DNA from: an uncultured Wenzhouxiangella sp.
GTDB taxonomy: Bacteria; Pseudomonadota; Gammaproteobacteria; Xanthomonadales; Wenzhouxiangellaceae
NCBI GenBank assembly: GCA_937876395.1
Contig: CALEIM010000127.1
Location: 12,334 to 76,333, forward strand
Length of the DNA: 64,000 nt
Reading direction: 5' to 3'
The number at the start of each line of letters is the position of its first letter. The first letter of the stretch is position 1. A program made the position numbers and the translations under genes. The notes below the pieces were generated by a model that did not search any database, was not told where the DNA came from, and worked only from the letters and a program-made list of their open reading frames with translations. Of this stretch, positions 62,856 to 64,000 are shown in pieces.

Positions 62856-63404
62856 ATGCTGAATCGGACCACGCTGGCAAGACCTTACGCCCGTGCCGCC
62901 TTCCAGGCGGCGCGGGAACGTGACGCGCTTGCATCCTGGAGCGATCGCCTGGCGATGGCCGCGTTGACTGCGGCCGACCCGGGCGTACAGCCGTTGCTCA
63001 AGGACCCGCGCCTGAGCAGCGAGCAGCTGCTGAAGCTGTTTACCGATATCGGTCAGGATCGCTTCGATGAGGCTTTCGTCAATTTTCTCCGGGTGCTGGT
63101 GACCTATGGTCGACTCGAACTGCTCCCGGACATTCATGTCCAGTACGAGGCACTGCGGCGCGAGGCCGAAGCTCGGGTCCATGTCCTGGTGACCTCCGCC
63201 CATCCGGTCGGTGATGACGAGGCGGCCAAGCTGGGCGAACGTCTCAAGGCCCGTTTCGATCGTGAAATCGACCTGGAGATAACAGTTGATCCGGACTTGA
63301 TCGGCGGCGCGGTGATCCGCACCGGCGATGAAGTCATCGACGGCAGCGTACGCGGGCGCATCGAGCGTCTGGCGCGCCAGATTGCCAATCAAGCCACGGC
63401 CTGA
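62856..63404 (+). CDS. atpH: F0F1 ATP synthase subunit delta
   Basis: TLARPYARAAF, DPDLIGG, VIDGSVRG. Confidence 0.96.
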   Translation: MLNRTTLARPYARAAFQAARERDALASWSDRLAMAALTAADPGVQPLLKDPRLSSEQLLKLFTDIGQDRFDEAFVNFLRVLVTYGRLELLPDIHVQYEALRREAEARVHVLVTSAHPVGDDEAAKLGERLKARFDREIDLEITVDPDLIGGAVIRTGDEVIDGSVRGRIERLARQIANQATA

Positions 63405-63439
63405 ACTGAATTCAGACTAGATTCCCAAGGAATGCAAGC

Positions 63440-64000
63440 ATGCAACAGAGCCTCAACCCCACTGAAATTTCCGAACTGATCCGCCAGCGCGTAGAACAGT
63501 TCGAGGTCTCCTCCGAAGCCCGTACCGAGGGTTTGGTGGTCAGCGTGTCCGACGGCATTTGCCGCCTGCACGGTCTGGCCGATGTCATGCAGGGTGAAAT
63601 GATTGAATTCCCCGGTGACACCTTTGGCCTGGCGCTAAACCTTGAGCGCGATTCGGTGGGTGCCGTCATCATGGGTGACTACACCCATATCAAGGAAGGT
63701 GACAAGGTTCGCTGCACCGGCCGTATTCTGGAAGTGCCGGTCGGCCCCGGTCTGCTCGGTCGCGTCGTCGATGCCCTGGGCAACCCGATCGACGGAAATG
63801 GTCCGGTTGAAAACGACGGATTTGAGCCGATTGAAAAAATTGCGCCGGGCGTGATCACCCGCCAGAGCGTTGACCAGCCGGTCCAGACCGGCCTGAAGTC
63901 AATTGACGCCATGGTGCCGGTTGGCCGCGGCCAGCGCGAACTGATCATTGGCGACCGTCAGACCGGCAAGACCGCGGTGGCGATCGATGCGATCATCAAC
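63440..64000 (+). CDS. atpA: F0F1 ATP synthase subunit alpha (partial, runs off window end)
   Basis: [14 protein letters not shown]...VSDGI...[10 protein letters not shown]...[17 protein letters not shown]. Confidence 0.97.
   Translation, partial: MQQSLNPTEISELIRQRVEQFEVSSEARTEGLVVSVSDGICRLHGLADVMQGEMIEFPGDTFGLALNLERDSVGAVIMGDYTHIKEGDKVRCTGRILEVPVGPGLLGRVVDALGNPIDGNGPVENDGFEPIEKIAPGVITRQSVDQPVQTGLKSIDAMVPVGRGQRELIIGDRQTGKTAVAIDAIIN

Overview
Most of the window (about 4.2-64 kb) reads as core chromosome of a GC-rich gammaproteobacterium. Gene content and order resemble Wenzhouxiangella/Xanthomonadales (my recognition, not a database result). It carries rep, tdk, hemL, mutM, tRNA-Ala(CGC), mscL, a ctaG-PCuAC-sco copper cluster, rpmB-rpmG, radC-coaBC-dut-long algC, gshA, an opp operon coupled to rsmG-parA-parB, and the start of the atp operon. 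Accessory elements are a complete type I Wadjet (jetABCD) operon and an intact 1421-bp ISNCY/IS1202-type insertion sequence with a 16-bp target duplication. The most striking pattern: the intact IS end at rpmB and an orphan, diverged copy of the same end at atpI both sit exactly 16 bp upstream of the predicted -35 box of a housekeeping sigma70 promoter, in the same orientation. This suggests promoter-targeted transposition (two sites only). The first ~3.76 kb is visibly higher in GC and encodes a translationally coupled operon: Pycsar-effector-like (DUF5706) membrane protein, MBL-fold hydrolase, cNMP-binding protein, AI-2E permease, SixA. It is joined to the rest through two abrupt mid-gene junctions (~3765 and ~4170) that enclose a ~410-bp MepM/M23 fragment, most likely an assembly chimera. 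Other oddities are heptamer-built repeats and hairpins, a long membrane-anchored AlgC with degenerate substrate-binding motifs, a two-EF-hand protein divergent from mscL, and several apparently leaderless genes. All calls come from motif reading; no searches were run.
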